In this document: positions 40,080 to 53,170 of the stretch, in pieces
Layout of the letters: each line of letters starts with the position of its first letter
Position numbering within the stretch: the stretch's first letter is position 1
From: Octopus vulgaris
Taxonomy: Eukaryota
NCBI GenBank assembly: GCA_951406725.2
Contig: OX597817.1
Location: 84,506,001 to 84,570,000, forward strand
DNA length: 64,000 nucleotides
Direction: 5' to 3'
Program-made: the position numbers and the translations under genes
Notes under the pieces: model-generated
What the model saw: only the letters and a program-made list of their open reading frames with translations
Told to the model about the DNA's origin: nothing
The model's database searches: none

Positions 40080-40345
40080 TGTATATTCCACTGATGAGGC
40101 AAAGCATTTCTTACGCAGAGTCAGAAATCCGGGATCTGGAATTATTCAGTAATTATTTTTGCTAGTTTATTTTGTCTTTTTGTCTTCTCTCCTAGTGCTG
40201 TACGAACTTTTAATGTGGTTTTAGAGTCAGGTTTTGGCTGCTATTTCAAGTGTTGTGGTATCTCTTGGATACCCTAAATTATAATTTTAATAATAATTAT
40301 TACCTTTGAATGTTTTTATTCTCATGCTGGCCACTTGATATGCAT
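40080..40345 (+). mobile_element. Solo hammerhead-containing element related to the 5984-6679 family
   Basis: HHR followed by a 3' domain (TTTTGGCTGCTATTTCAAGT...TACCCT..ATTATAA...TTACCTTT...TGCTGGCCACTT) that aligns with the reverse complement of 6000-6120. Confidence 0.65.
40085..40142 (+). ncRNA. Type I hammerhead ribozyme motif
   Basis: ATTCCA CTGATGA GGC...GTC A GAAA TC-CGG-GA TC|TGGAAT. Confidence 0.65.
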
Positions 40346-41000
40346 GCATACATGCATATATATATATTCATAACATAAGGATGAAATCACGTTAGTAATT
40401 ATTATCAGGTAGTCGGCATGGAATATAAATTTATATACAATTTATATATTAGATTAATAAGGATATACATATATATATATTAAGGGAGAGAGTCGAAAAT
40501 GACTTCTCTCCTCCATGCTAAATGAATGTCGAGGCATTACAAACTACCGGGGAAAACTCCGTATACATGAGGTTGTAATCGGGCGAGTGAAAAATATTTT
40601 AAAAAGTATGCAACATTAATTGCGAATTTGCTAATTTTTAGATAAAAGCCATAAATAGACATTTTTCTATCGTCAGCGCAATGCATATAAAAATATATAC
40701 AAACAAGTGCTAATACATACTCATAACAAATCGAGTTTGTACGTCTACATACAAACACTTGCCTGTATAAATCCGAGGAAAGCCAGATTAAAATTTTTTC
40801 ACGAGAACCACGTGTATTTATATCAAAAGAGCACCGCAGAAAATGCGGTTTTGATCAGAAGTAAAAATATTATAATAATATTTTATTTATTTATTTATTT
40901 ATTTATTCATAAAATAAGGATAAAACCAGGTTAATGATTATTATCAGAGAGTCAGCATGGAATAAAAATTGATATGCAATTTATATATTTAATTAATAAT

Positions 41001-41105
<105 letters not shown>

Positions 41106-42064
41106 TCAGTTGAATATGGTGAGAGTCGAAAATGACTTGCATATACGAAGCTAGCATTGTAGAAGATTTATATTTTGCGTTAGTAGAAGAGTTCAAATTG
41201 GCCCTGTATCGACGTTTAAAGTCTATAGTGCTTCCTATTTAAATTCTTATCCTCTGTGTAGCAGGGATTTCTACAGAGTACCTATACACTACATTATTAC
41301 GTAAAGAACCGGCTAACGGACACGACTCCTTTAATCGACAATTACATGTTCCCCACCCCCGCATTGATATTAATTCTCCGGTTATTAGGTGTTAAGTCAT
41401 TCTCTACTGTGAGGGGTTAACATGGCGTAATGTTTTCGTTAGAGCTAGTGTCAGTTTGGGGGTTATGGAGTTCATTAGAACGATTTGTGCGGGTAGATTT
41501 CCTAAGTCTGAGTTTAGATCTATTGATGGAAGCTATGATCGAACCTAAATTCGTAGTTGAGTACGATAATTTCACAGATGATTTATGAAAAATGAGATAA
41601 TATTTATAATGATTTTTAGGAAAATTTTCTTTCGGTATCTTAAAAAACAATTTGGGTAAAGATTTGACCTGAAGATTGAAGGGCGGGGCAAACCATATTA
41701 TTTCACGCTTCCTAAATTTTGATTTTTTGGGTCTGATTAGATTGGTTGGGGAGGGTCAATTAAGTCGATCCCAGTGCGTAACTGGTACTTATTTAATCGC
41801 CCCAAAAGGATGAAAGGCAAAGTCGACCTCGTAAAAGGATTACCATCGACATTTTCCCTTAACAACATTACTTATTCTCTCGGATTATTTACATGTTTTT
41901 TTTAAATATTCCAGTCTCATCGCTATGTTGTTTTTCTTATTCGCTCTTCGAGAGACTTTACTTTATTCACCTTTTTGTAAAGGCATACTTTTATTCTTGA
42001 TAATTTTTACAACGCCGTTCTAACCTATTTACACTCATCTATTTATATATGTATAAAAATAATA

Positions 42065-42316
42065 AATGCGTCCTTTTGAAGCCTAGCCAGGCTCATGGGC
42101 CCAGTTTCCCGGTTTATATGGCGTATGTGTTCCCCAGCTGGACGGGACGCCAGTCCATCACAGCGTTACTCACTTTTGCCAGCTGAGTGGACTGGAGCAG
42201 CGTGAAAAGAAGTGTTTTGCTGAGGAACACAACGCGTCGCCCGGTCAAGGAATCGAAACCACAATCTTACGATCATGGTGCTGACACCTCTAACCACTAA
42301 GCCACGCGCCTCCACA
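42065..42316 (-). mobile_element. tRNA-derived SINE sharing its 3' tail with 12135-12453
   Basis: Head TGTGGAGGCGCGTGGCTTAGTGG...GGTTTCGATTCC; flanking TTTATATATGTATA duplication. Confidence 0.85.
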
Positions 42317-42486
42317 TTTTATATATGTATATTAGATTTTTTATATATGTGTGTATTCATGAATTTTTAATGTTTTAATATTTTAACGACTGATACATTG
42401 GTATATTTTAAAGACTAATATGCATTGATCTATGGCAGAATATATGTATAAATAAATTGATGAACCTATCTGAAATTCTCCTTAAC

Positions 42487-42521
42487 ATTTATATATCAAA
42501 TTAATTTATATATCAAATTAA

Positions 42522-42576
<55 letters not shown>

Positions 42577-42591
42577 AATTTATATATCAAA

Positions 42592-42625
<34 letters not shown>

Positions 42626-42644
42626 AATTTATATATCAAATTAA

Positions 42645-42681
<37 letters not shown>

Positions 42682-42700
42682 AAGTTATATATCAAATTAA

Positions 42701-42747
<47 letters not shown>

Positions 42748-42766
42748 AAGTTATATATCAAATTAA

Positions 42767-42804
<38 letters not shown>

Positions 42805-42830
42805 TTAATTTGATATATAACTTACATATA
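42487..42830. repeat. Tandem array of TATATATCAAATTAATAAT-(TA)n units ending in an inverted copy
   Basis: Directly visible; 42745-42826 is palindromic. Confidence 0.85.
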
Positions 42831-42896
42831 AATTTTCATTCCATGCTGACTACCTAATAATAATCATTAACGTGATTTTATGCTTGTCTTTATACA

Positions 42897-43587
42897 GATC
42901 ATAACTAGAATCATTTTACTACAATAAGGACGGGAGAGGGGGAGAAAGAAAGATTAGGAGAGTGAGAATGAGGGAGGGAAAAAATAAGGAGAGCGAATGA
43001 GGGAGGGAGAAAAGAGGAAGAGAATGAGGGATGGAGAGAAAGAGGAAAGAGAGAGATATATACTCATACACACATACGTGGCCTAGTGACTAGGATATTC
43101 AGTTCACGATCGTAAGGTTGTGAGTTCGAAAACCGGCGGCGCATCGTGTCCTTGAGCAAGACACTTTATTTCACATTGCTCCAGTCCTCTCAGCCGGCAA
43201 AAAAATTAGTAGTATCGGTATTTCAAAGGGCCAGCCTTGTCACATTCTGTGTCACGCTGAATCTCCCTGAGAACTACGTTATGGGTACGTGTGTCTGCTG
43301 GAGTACTCAGCCACTCGCACGTTAATTTTACGAGCAGGCTGGAACCCTCGAAGTCGTAATCGACGGAGTGCTAGTTATATATACATACATATATGTATGC
43401 ATATGTATATATGATGTGTATGTGCGTATGAATGTATGCTTCTCTCTTTCCCTCTTTCTCTCCCTCCCTCCCTCATTCTCTCTTCCTCTTTTTCTCCTTC
43501 CCTCATTCTCTCTCTCCCAATTTTTCTCTCTCCCCCTCTTTCGTTCTCTCGTTCTTATTGTAGTTAAAATGATTCTTGTCATGATCC
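42897..43587. repeat. Foldback: ~170-bp imperfect inverted arms around a SINE
   Basis: GATCATAACTAGAATCATTTTACTACAATAAG + GA-rich tract versus TC-rich tract + CTTATTGTAGTTAAAATGATTCTTGTCATGATC. Confidence 0.7.
43077..43372 (+). mobile_element. tRNA-derived SINE
   Basis: GTGGCCTAGTG...GAGTTCGAAAACC...GTGTCCTTGAGCAAGACACTTT...GCTCCAGTCCTCTCAGC. Confidence 0.8.
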
Positions 43588-46500
43588 TGGCTGGACTGTA
43601 CAAAGACAATTACAACAATTCTTTACAATTATTAGCAGAAGAAATCTAAGAAGATAAGTATTGTCTAATCTTGTCAATAAAATCTCCTCATGGCAGATTT
43701 AAAATAATGCCATCTAAATGTTATGGGAGCATTCATGATAATTCTTTTGTAAGACAAATGTTAGAACGTCTCCGAAATGTTTTAGATACTTAACTAATAC
43801 TTATTCGTGATTATATGATTAATATTTGTCAATGTGTGATAAAAATAATTAAAATATAAATGATTATGAAAGCTTCCACATACATTTTATAGTTGATAAT
43901 CTCTTTAGAGAAACATTTCTGTAGGTATTCTTAAGTTTACATAATCTATGGTTGATGATTATCAAAACTGTCCCTTCTTTTCTCTCTCTTTCTCTCTCCC
44001 CTTCTCTCTCCTTAGTACGTCACACGCTTCGCTACTTTGGCGATTTATCTTTCGTTATCCGATCGCCATATTTCTTAATATTGTAAAAAATAAAAACAAT
44101 CTCAGTTCGAACTTGTTAATTTTCTATTGGAGAAAAGGAGCACCAATTCTATATGTTTGTTTTGTTTTTTTAGATACAAATTATAATAACCAAGAAGCAA
44201 AATTAAAGTAAATTCAGAGCAAGTTAAAATAATCTTAGAGTAAATTAAATACTTTAAATAGATGCTTATGTTTTGAATTGTTTGAACATACCTTGATGCT
44301 TTTTAAATCTGAATTCATTTTATTTGACTTTGGCCTACAATACTATGTTCACTTACGAATGACAAAGTCAGTCGCAAAGCTTGTATTAAGCTACAATTAC
44401 TGCTATTTTCTGAGAAGTCAAAACATAGAAGCAAGCAGTGGCCACATGCGAAGTCTGCATTTGAAATTCATATGCGTGTACTGCTCGCTAAATGAGAAAA
44501 TTGGCGAGCCATTGCTGCTGCTCATAGCGTTAAGGAGAGAAGAGAATATAATTATGTGCGCAAAAATCATGCATTACGTTTGCACAGCGGAAGTGTTTTT
44601 GACAACGTCAAGAAGATAGATCATAACTATATCAAAGATAGATTATGAATGTATTTAATATATTGAATATGCTAAATGGATACCAACAATTAATATGATG
44701 AATTTATGCCAATGTTTAGATTCACCATATGGATTGATTGATGTGCTACAACAAATTCTAGCAAGTCGTTATAGAAGAATGATTTCAGTGGTAAATGCAT
44801 TTACAGTCACAGTAACTATGTTTTATATTTCCGGACAGAAGTTTGCCATAAATTCATAAAAGATATTTTGATACTTATTACAAAATATTGTCGTTGAAAA
44901 TTAAACTATAATTTAGGATTCGTGAGTTAAAAACCATCGGATAAATGGTTTGAAGGGAGTCTTTAATTATAGCTCGGTGATTATTTTAATTTTTTTCAGG
45001 GCTATCTTAATTTGTTCCGAAATTATATTATTTTGCTCCGAAGTTACTTTAATTTGTACTTGAGAAGATGTACGGACTATATACCTTAGAGATGGAATGT
45101 TTATACTGTTATATTTGGGAAGAGTCGTAAACACACTCTCCTATTGTTGTTTGTCTATAATTCACTTCCTTTCCTTTCCCCAAAGCAGTTGCTGTTGATT
45201 TATATATCCTCGAAAATATTTTTCACTATACCTATCGGTAGCTTCTTCAATGGGTGTATATCATGTCTTTTAAATGCTTGTTCTTGTTTTGTCTTCTTTT
45301 GTTTCAACTTTTAATGTTATTACATCTCCAAAATAGTAAGCATATGAACTATAAGATTTTTATTTTGTTTTCTTTCGTTGTTACAAAATCGAAGAGATAT
45401 TTATGACACAATGGAAACGATTTGGTTGTTACTAACCATTGTTAGCATTCGAAAGTCTTGCAAAACTTTGCTTTTAGTGTTGCGGTTAATGTTGATCAAT
45501 TCTGATCAAGTAGACTAGTGATAAAAGACATTGTAACCGAGATCATCCCGACCTTTTTATTCAAGCAATGCACTACATTATCCATTGTCTCCCGCTTTTG
45601 TTTAACAACGATATTGTTTGAGAGAGACTTCAGCGGTATTTGTAGCAGGACAGGCAACCTCATAAAGAATCACGTGTCGACTTGCAGCTATGTTAGGTGA
45701 TCAATTATTACTAAAATATTAATGAAATACTTCGAGTTGTAGGATCTACTTGATTAGAGGCAACCAAAGAACATATTTTTCTATTAACTGCGTAATTATC
45801 AAAGAATCACTTTATGCTATTTCGATGTTACAAGCTTGGTGATTGAATAATTTTATTATGGGAAATAATTAAATGTGTCGCTTCAAATATTTTTTTTTAA
45901 ATTGAAGATAACATCAGGAATGCGAAACAACTTTTCTATCCAAATGATGCTCGGATGAATAGTATTAGTCCAAATGGAAATGATGTCCGGATGAATAGTA
46001 TCAATAATAACGTTTCTCACATAGGCACAAAGCTCCAAATTAAGGAAGAAGGGAACACTAGGTAATGTGGACTCCTGTATTTTACTGGTGCTTCATTTTA
46101 TCAAAACCGAAAGTATCAAAGGCAAATTTAACCTCAGTGAAATTGGAATTCAGAATATAAAGAGCTGTAAGTATCACTATCCGCGACTCTAACGATTCTG
46201 CCAATCAACTGCCCTTTATAATGTCTTATATTTGTACAAGGTCCTGAATTTAATCGGATGCAAGAAAATGTTGATTATACGAACTCCAGTAGTTGTCTGA
46301 TACGTTATTTCACTGATCCTGGAGGAATGGAATGCAATGTTGACAACCGTGAATTTTGAACCTGGAACATAAAAACCGAAACAAATACTGCAAGAAATTT
46401 TTGCCGTCACCTTTACTATTCTGCCAATGCACGGCCTTAATCGTATCCTGCAGTACTAACGTGTTTAAAACAGTGTCAAGGAGTTCTGTTCCCAACTTGT

Positions 46501-46879
46501 GGTTCCAGGTTCGTTCTCAATGCGCGGAAACATAGACAAGTGTCTCCAGCCACAGGCTTGGACCGACGAAAGCTTTGTGAGTGAAATTCGGTAGACAAAG
46601 ACTACTAAGTGTTCCCATTGTTAAGTGGTAGCCTTAATCCTTAGCCTGGTTTAATTCTACCGCCTCGTTCTTTGGCGTCTTTATCGAGTCCCACTCTATT
46701 GCAAGCGTCTGGCGTAGGTCTTCGGCTTGAATATAATTTCCTTTCCTTTCCCACCAATCAAGCTCCTTCCTAAAACAGTCAGTTGCGAAATCTTTTCTTC
46801 TCTGACTAAACCATTTAAAAAAAGAAGCAAATATTGTTTTCCTCGGTTCATACGGTACTCAGTTTACACGGTTTTTCTG

Positions 46880-47230
46880 TAGTCCAATGACTGAAGTCAC
46901 AAAGAAACTTCCTCGTTCTTGCCTAGCCGCTAAGCATATCAGGGAAAGAAAAAAACAGATTTCAGCTCTGGAATTAAAGGCTTGAGAACACCTCTCCTCC
47001 AATCGACATAAGAATTCCCCAATTGAAGAACCATGGATACAGCGAGAACAGGGCAATCAAAAGTGACTTTGGTTAGATGGGGATGTAAGATCAACTCAAC
47101 CATATGTGAATGTAGAGAATCAAACAATATTAAGGAACACTACCTCATCTACCCTCTACTATCGAACACCTGCATTTCGAAAGACTTTGCAGAGTTTAAC
47201 GAAAATGCAAAAACAAATATTGTGTAAAGA
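46880..47230 (+). mobile_element. Non-LTR retrotransposon ORF2 C-terminal fragment
   Basis: RTGQSKVTLVRWG...TICEC...EHYLIYPLL...DFAEFN resembles the RLRTG...CxC...H...CP C-terminal zinc motif. Confidence 0.55.
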
Positions 47231-47447
47231 ATTGGGAAAGTGTCATATAACCATTACGCTGCGAAGAATCGAAAGAACTTTAGGATTTTGTTTTGGGCTC
47301 GGGTCGTTTTTGATGTTGTTTTTACTTTACTATATAGAATCACCATTTAGTTACTTCCATCTCAACTTCTCAGCAACTTTTCATTTTACTTTTGCTTCAC
47401 TTCTTCGATGGTGACTTATACCACGATCTCAACATACACTTAAGTTA

Positions 47448-47690
<243 letters not shown>

Positions 47691-49940
47691 CATTTTGTTA
47701 AATATTTTCGACGCTGGAAAGCGTTTGATGGAAACTACGAAACAATTTATTATAAACTAAGTAACTGATAAAACGGTCTTAAGCACGAGAGCCAGAATAA
47801 TTGCTTGATCTTCAGTAACCTTAATGCATAAATCATACATACATAGTAACATTATAGAAACAACGGGTAAAAGCTCTATTATTTTGGGTAGAAGATAAAA
47901 CCCAATATTACGATACACGATAATCATATTTATAATATTCATTTCAACAAATAACTATTTCACGTTTGTGTTTTTATTAATATCATTAGAAGCTTATTTC
48001 CATCGCTTTTTACGAGTTCGATTTATATGGTGATTCGCAGAACCAACCTATCTTGTGAACTGAGGGGCAGCTGTACGTATTTATCACATTCACTCATGTA
48101 ATAGAGTCAGTTATTTGATAAGAGATCATCGTCATTGATTCAGAGTGTAGGGAAAGAGAAGTGTATAAACCTTCTCCAATGACATCAATATACTAAGTAA
48201 ATAATAGATACTCAGGATTCAAATTAATCATAGTGTCGGTTGACCAGGAGCTTGCCACCAACCATATGGAACTTACTATATGGCAATTGCCACCTATATA
48301 CGAAGCTCGCCATAATACATCCATATTTTTTTAAGAAATCCAATATAAAATGTTAAAAATTAATATGTTAGACGTAATGTTTAATTTTTTTCTTTCGTAG
48401 GTGCCTATATTGGCTTTCGGCCTGCATCTTACTCATATTTGTTTCGTTTATCCCCTTGGGATAAAAAAACAGGTTTGAACCCGGTCGACCAAGGATTAAT
48501 TAAATATGTGAGAATTATAAACTACTAGTAGGGAGAGAATGCGATCATATTGGTATATATATTTATTATTGCAAAGTGCAAACAATTGAGAATTAATATG
48601 TAGTTTAGTCATTTCATAATAATAGTGTTTGGGGAGAGAGGATGATGAATTTCATTTAAAAATGAAATTTTCGATTCATTTTATTGATTTATTTTATATT
48701 TTAAGTTCCCCTTTATAAAGTTTTTATGATGTTTTTATTATGCAGCAATGAGGATCGAGAATTGATATTTTCTAACATTGTATTGAAATCTTAACTGTTA
48801 TATTGAATTTTAATTTCGCTTGGGATTTTAATCTAACTTTACTTTATAAAATTATTTCTTTTGATTCTCCCCACATCATTTGCTTTTATACGATTACTCA
48901 CCGATTACTTCCTTCCACCAGAAACTTTTATTATTTAAAAATCAAAACTCAATGAAATTTTCTGTTTCTGGTATTCCTAGCGTTCTCCACTCTAGACCGT
49001 GAAATATTACAGATAATATTTCATTGATCCACGGGGATACTGTTCAAATTGGAGATTTGTTAAATAGAATTGTGACAAATGGTGGACAACCAATTTCAAA
49101 ACAAGAAAAAAATAGTGGATAACTAAATATTTTTGACATACCTGTTATAAAATATAACATTCCTAGAAAAGTGATTAATATTCGTTGATTCTTCATGATG
49201 ATAAGGACAAGAGTTAGCTCAACAAATACTGAACAAACAAAAACTAATGTATATGTTGAGCTTTTAAATAAATATTCGGCACAGCTGCATGAATCCCATC
49301 ACCATTGTGTCTTCGCTGTACTTGGTAGAACAACAAAGAGCTGTTCCTCCATACCCATTACAGATAACTAAGTAAAATGCTTTCTTTTGTGTATAAAAAT
49401 GATAGTAGAAAGGTATAAAACGCAGATGACAGACTTATAAAAACCTTCTGACACATTTCACGTTTCTTTAGTAATTACCAACAATTGCGATTGTTTGCTG
49501 TTGTTTGGATCCATGCTTCCCACAGGAGACTAAATTGATCTGATTCTTTTAACAAATACGTTAGATGCGTTTTTCATGAAGATGTGCTTTTTGTTAGTTT
49601 ACCTTTTTTATTTTTTGTGGCGTGGGGAGGAGGTAAAAATATTATTATCATCATCATCGCCATCGTCATCGTCGCCACAATAGTCTAAAACGTCTAGAAG
49701 TTATGAGTACCCACAATGTGTTGCACGACTTTCTTTAAAAACAAGTTCTCATAGTGTTATTTCTATAAATATTACAGTAATAATCGGTAGCAAATGCATA
49801 TATGGCTATTTTTGCATCTCCTAGATGATCAATGATACACGATCTAGATGCATTTTTACTGGATGTTGCTTTTGTTAAGGATAAAGAAAAATGTCGATTC
49901 AAGGTATAAGGTACACATGCCTCAGACATGTGTGTGTGTG

Positions 49941-49979
<39 letters not shown>

Positions 49980-51602
49980 GTCAACCTCTGTAAATATGCA
50001 CATATGTAATTTAAACACATGAATGAAAATTCTTTTGCAATCCTCAACAACTGGAAATTCAAAAGTAGTTACACATTAGCGCCTAAATATTCAAGAAAGT
50101 CTGGCAACTGTTTTGTAGTTAAGAAGTTCTCTTAGCAACACATAGTTCTGGGTTCAATCTCATTGCGATACACGTTGGTCAAGTATTTTCTACTATGGCT
50201 TCCAACTGACTAATACTTGTGAATGGCATTTGGTAAAAAGAAACTGTGCAGAAGCCGGTTGTATGCGTAATTGTGTATATCTGTGTCTTGATTTGTGTTC
50301 AAGTCTTTAACTCTCAAAATGGTGGTGTTGTTTGTGTTGCATCTCTCTATGTTCTGTAAGTTAGCGTTTCATCAAACAGATATTGATACATTAAAAACCA
50401 GACTGAAATAAGTACAGAGCTATTCGACTTAACTCTAGAGTGCATTGCTCCAGCGTGGCTACAGTCACAAATTTGCATGTATTCAGGAACGCATTTATCA
50501 CACAAATACACTCGTGAATTCTCTTTAAATATATCTTTTCCTTTGCATCTATAGTAAGGACTTCTGGTGATGGGAGTACGGGCAGTACTGACAAATTGTG
50601 TGGTACCACATTTGTGATTCTTAATAGGTAAACTAAAAGCGTTTTATAGCAGTCTTTATTTTATTCTAAATATGTTCTAAAACAGGTTTTTATATACATA
50701 TATTACCTCTGCACGACTGCAAGACTTTTGCTGTAAACAAAACAAATATCAAAGAATACATATGTGCGATTATATATGTTTGTGTGTGGTTGTACATATA
50801 TGCTATTTGTATGTATGTTTATATATATGTGTCATCATGTATGTTTGTTTATATGTGGTTATGTTTGTATGTATATATATGCCATTATGTATGTTTGCTT
50901 GTTTGATTATGTATGTTTATATGTGCGTGGTTATGCATATTTGTATATATGTGGTTATGTATGTTTGTGTGTGTGTGAGTGTGTTCATGCCTGTACTCAC
51001 ACACACAAATACTTATGCCTCCATACACTCAAGACCTCATGCAGCGGCTTCTAAACATATTCAAAATAACACATTAATTCGTCTCTAAAACGATTTATAA
51101 TCATCATCATTTTTCTCTAATCTTACATTTTACTGCGTGCTTCCACTGCATTACTGCTCACAGCTCTGAGTGTCTTGGATATGCGCAGTGTTTTGTTTTG
51201 ATTTGTTTTTGCGTTTTCAATTGTCAAAATCATACTACTCAATATATGTTCAGTGCTTATTAATGTTATTTGCTATATAGAACAGATATTTCTAGGTCTA
51301 GGAATTTGGCTATGTTTTTGTCTGCATCATTTTTAATCATTGACAAAGCCCAGAGTACATATTTTTATTATAGGGATTCTTTGTTTTCAATCCTCACATT
51401 CTGGTTATTTCTATTTACAGATCATAATGTTTAATGATAGCCGTCGGAGAATAGAGTGGTCACTTCCATAGTAGCGATAATAATACATTTTATTTTTGTC
51501 GAAATCAATCTCATGCTACTCTAGATTTCACTTGTATGTGCACAGAATCTTCAGCCTAAAGGTGAAACTCAGAGTAGCAAGGGACTGGCTCGACGACAAT
51601 TA

Positions 51603-51669
<67 letters not shown>

Positions 51670-51673
<4 letters not shown>

Positions 51674-52385
51674 GTTTGAAAAGGAACGTGCCCTCCAACT
51701 CAACATCCACGAACTCAGACATCCCAAATTAAAGAAGGATTTACAATCAAAAGCCCTATCATACATCCCACACACAACTCTCTCAACAATGAAGCCTTTG
51801 ACACCATCCTTCAAAACATTCCCCTGCTAAAAAAGGATCACAGAATGAACTCCAAACACACACCGTCATAAAAAGCAAGTGACAGCCCAAATCTATGAAA
51901 AGTCTCCTAACACAAGCCCGAATACGCCCAGCAACAACACAGAAGCAGTCAGTAAAAAATGCGGAAGACCCAACTGTGGGATATTCGTCAATTTAATTGA
52001 AGGATCAGAGTTCTCCTTCAAACAGGGACAACGTTTCACAGTGAAAAGTAACTTCACATGTGCTTCGGAGAACCTGATTTACGCACTAACCTGCTCTAGG
52101 TGTCAAGAGCAGTACATAGGCCAAACAAAAAGACAGTCTACGTAAAATAATGGCTCTGCACAGATCACAGATCAAAATTCCCAAAAACAGAAAAATAGCA
52201 TTCAGCCAACACATAGACATTTGCGCTAATAACAAAAATCCATGCTTCAGAATTTTCACCTCTACTAATTCAGGGACGATACAACCTGTAGCAAACGAAT
52301 TAGTAAAGAGACTCTTTATTATAAAATACAGACCCCTTTTGAACGCGTCTACAACAAACGACATATCCACCACGGCCTTAGAATA
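51670..52385 (+). pseudogene. Penelope-like element C-terminus: Cys-rich linker plus GIY-YIG endonuclease (Neptune-like)
   Basis: KCGRPNCG; FTCASENLIYALTCSRCQEQYIGQT; MALHRSQI; FSQH; LFIIKYRPLLN; frameshifted; starts right after a (TG)n tract. Confidence 0.88.
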
Positions 52386-52808
52386 ACACAAATACATATA
52401 CAAATATTAAAAATGATACGCTCAAGAGATTTCCAAGAATTCATTAAATAAACAGTCCCAATCACTGCTATAATCGATAACGATCCAATTTTAGGTCATT
52501 TGACCACTTAACACCTTACTACTATCATACTGCCTACATTCCTTCTTATTCTCCTTCCTTGTCTTCTTCCTCTCCGCCACCTCCTTCCTAACTTTACCAC
52601 TGTTGCTTTTCAGAATAACACCTACGAAAATTTTATAAACAAAACATTCAAAAGAGATGTTTCAGGAATTCAATCACTACTACCATCCACAGCGGGTCAC
52701 TTTCGAGGCAGTTGACCATTCAACATACTAGTGTCATGGTACTCTCGCATTCTTCTTCTTCTCTTCCTCTTCTTCTTCTTCTCCTTCCGTTTCTTCTTCT
52801 TCTTCTTC

Positions 52809-52868
<60 letters not shown>

Positions 52869-53015
52869 CCTACCAAGAATTCACAACGCCCTCGAACACA
52901 CAAGAGTAAACAAGAGAGAGAGAAACATGCAGAAAGACGGAAAATGCCACCTGTATTTGAATACTGTGTAAATATTCTTTTAATTTTACAAAAATTTAAT
53001 TGTTTTCCATACTTA

Positions 53016-53051
53016 CAGTTGAAAAAGTCTCAATGACTGAAATCGATACTG
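53016..53051 (+). ncRNA. Putative minimal hammerhead (U3-A8 variant) downstream of the GIY-YIG ORF
   Basis: CAG TTGAAAA AGTC-tcaat-GACT GAAA TCGA TA|CTG. Confidence 0.45.
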
Positions 53052-53084
53052 AAATGTTTTTTATAATATTATCTTAGCATTTTC

Positions 53085-53099
53085 TATCTTGACTTTTTT

Positions 53100-53155
<56 letters not shown>

Positions 53156-53170
53156 AAAAAAGTCAAGATA
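53085..53170. repeat. 86-bp palindrome centred on (TA)n
   Basis: TATCTTGACTTTTTTCCA(TA)nTGGAAAAAAGTCAAGATA. Confidence 0.9.

Noticed and set aside
42487-42830. CRISPR-like repeat/spacer array
   Set aside because: The spacers are just (TA)n, the context is eukaryotic, and there are no cas genes.
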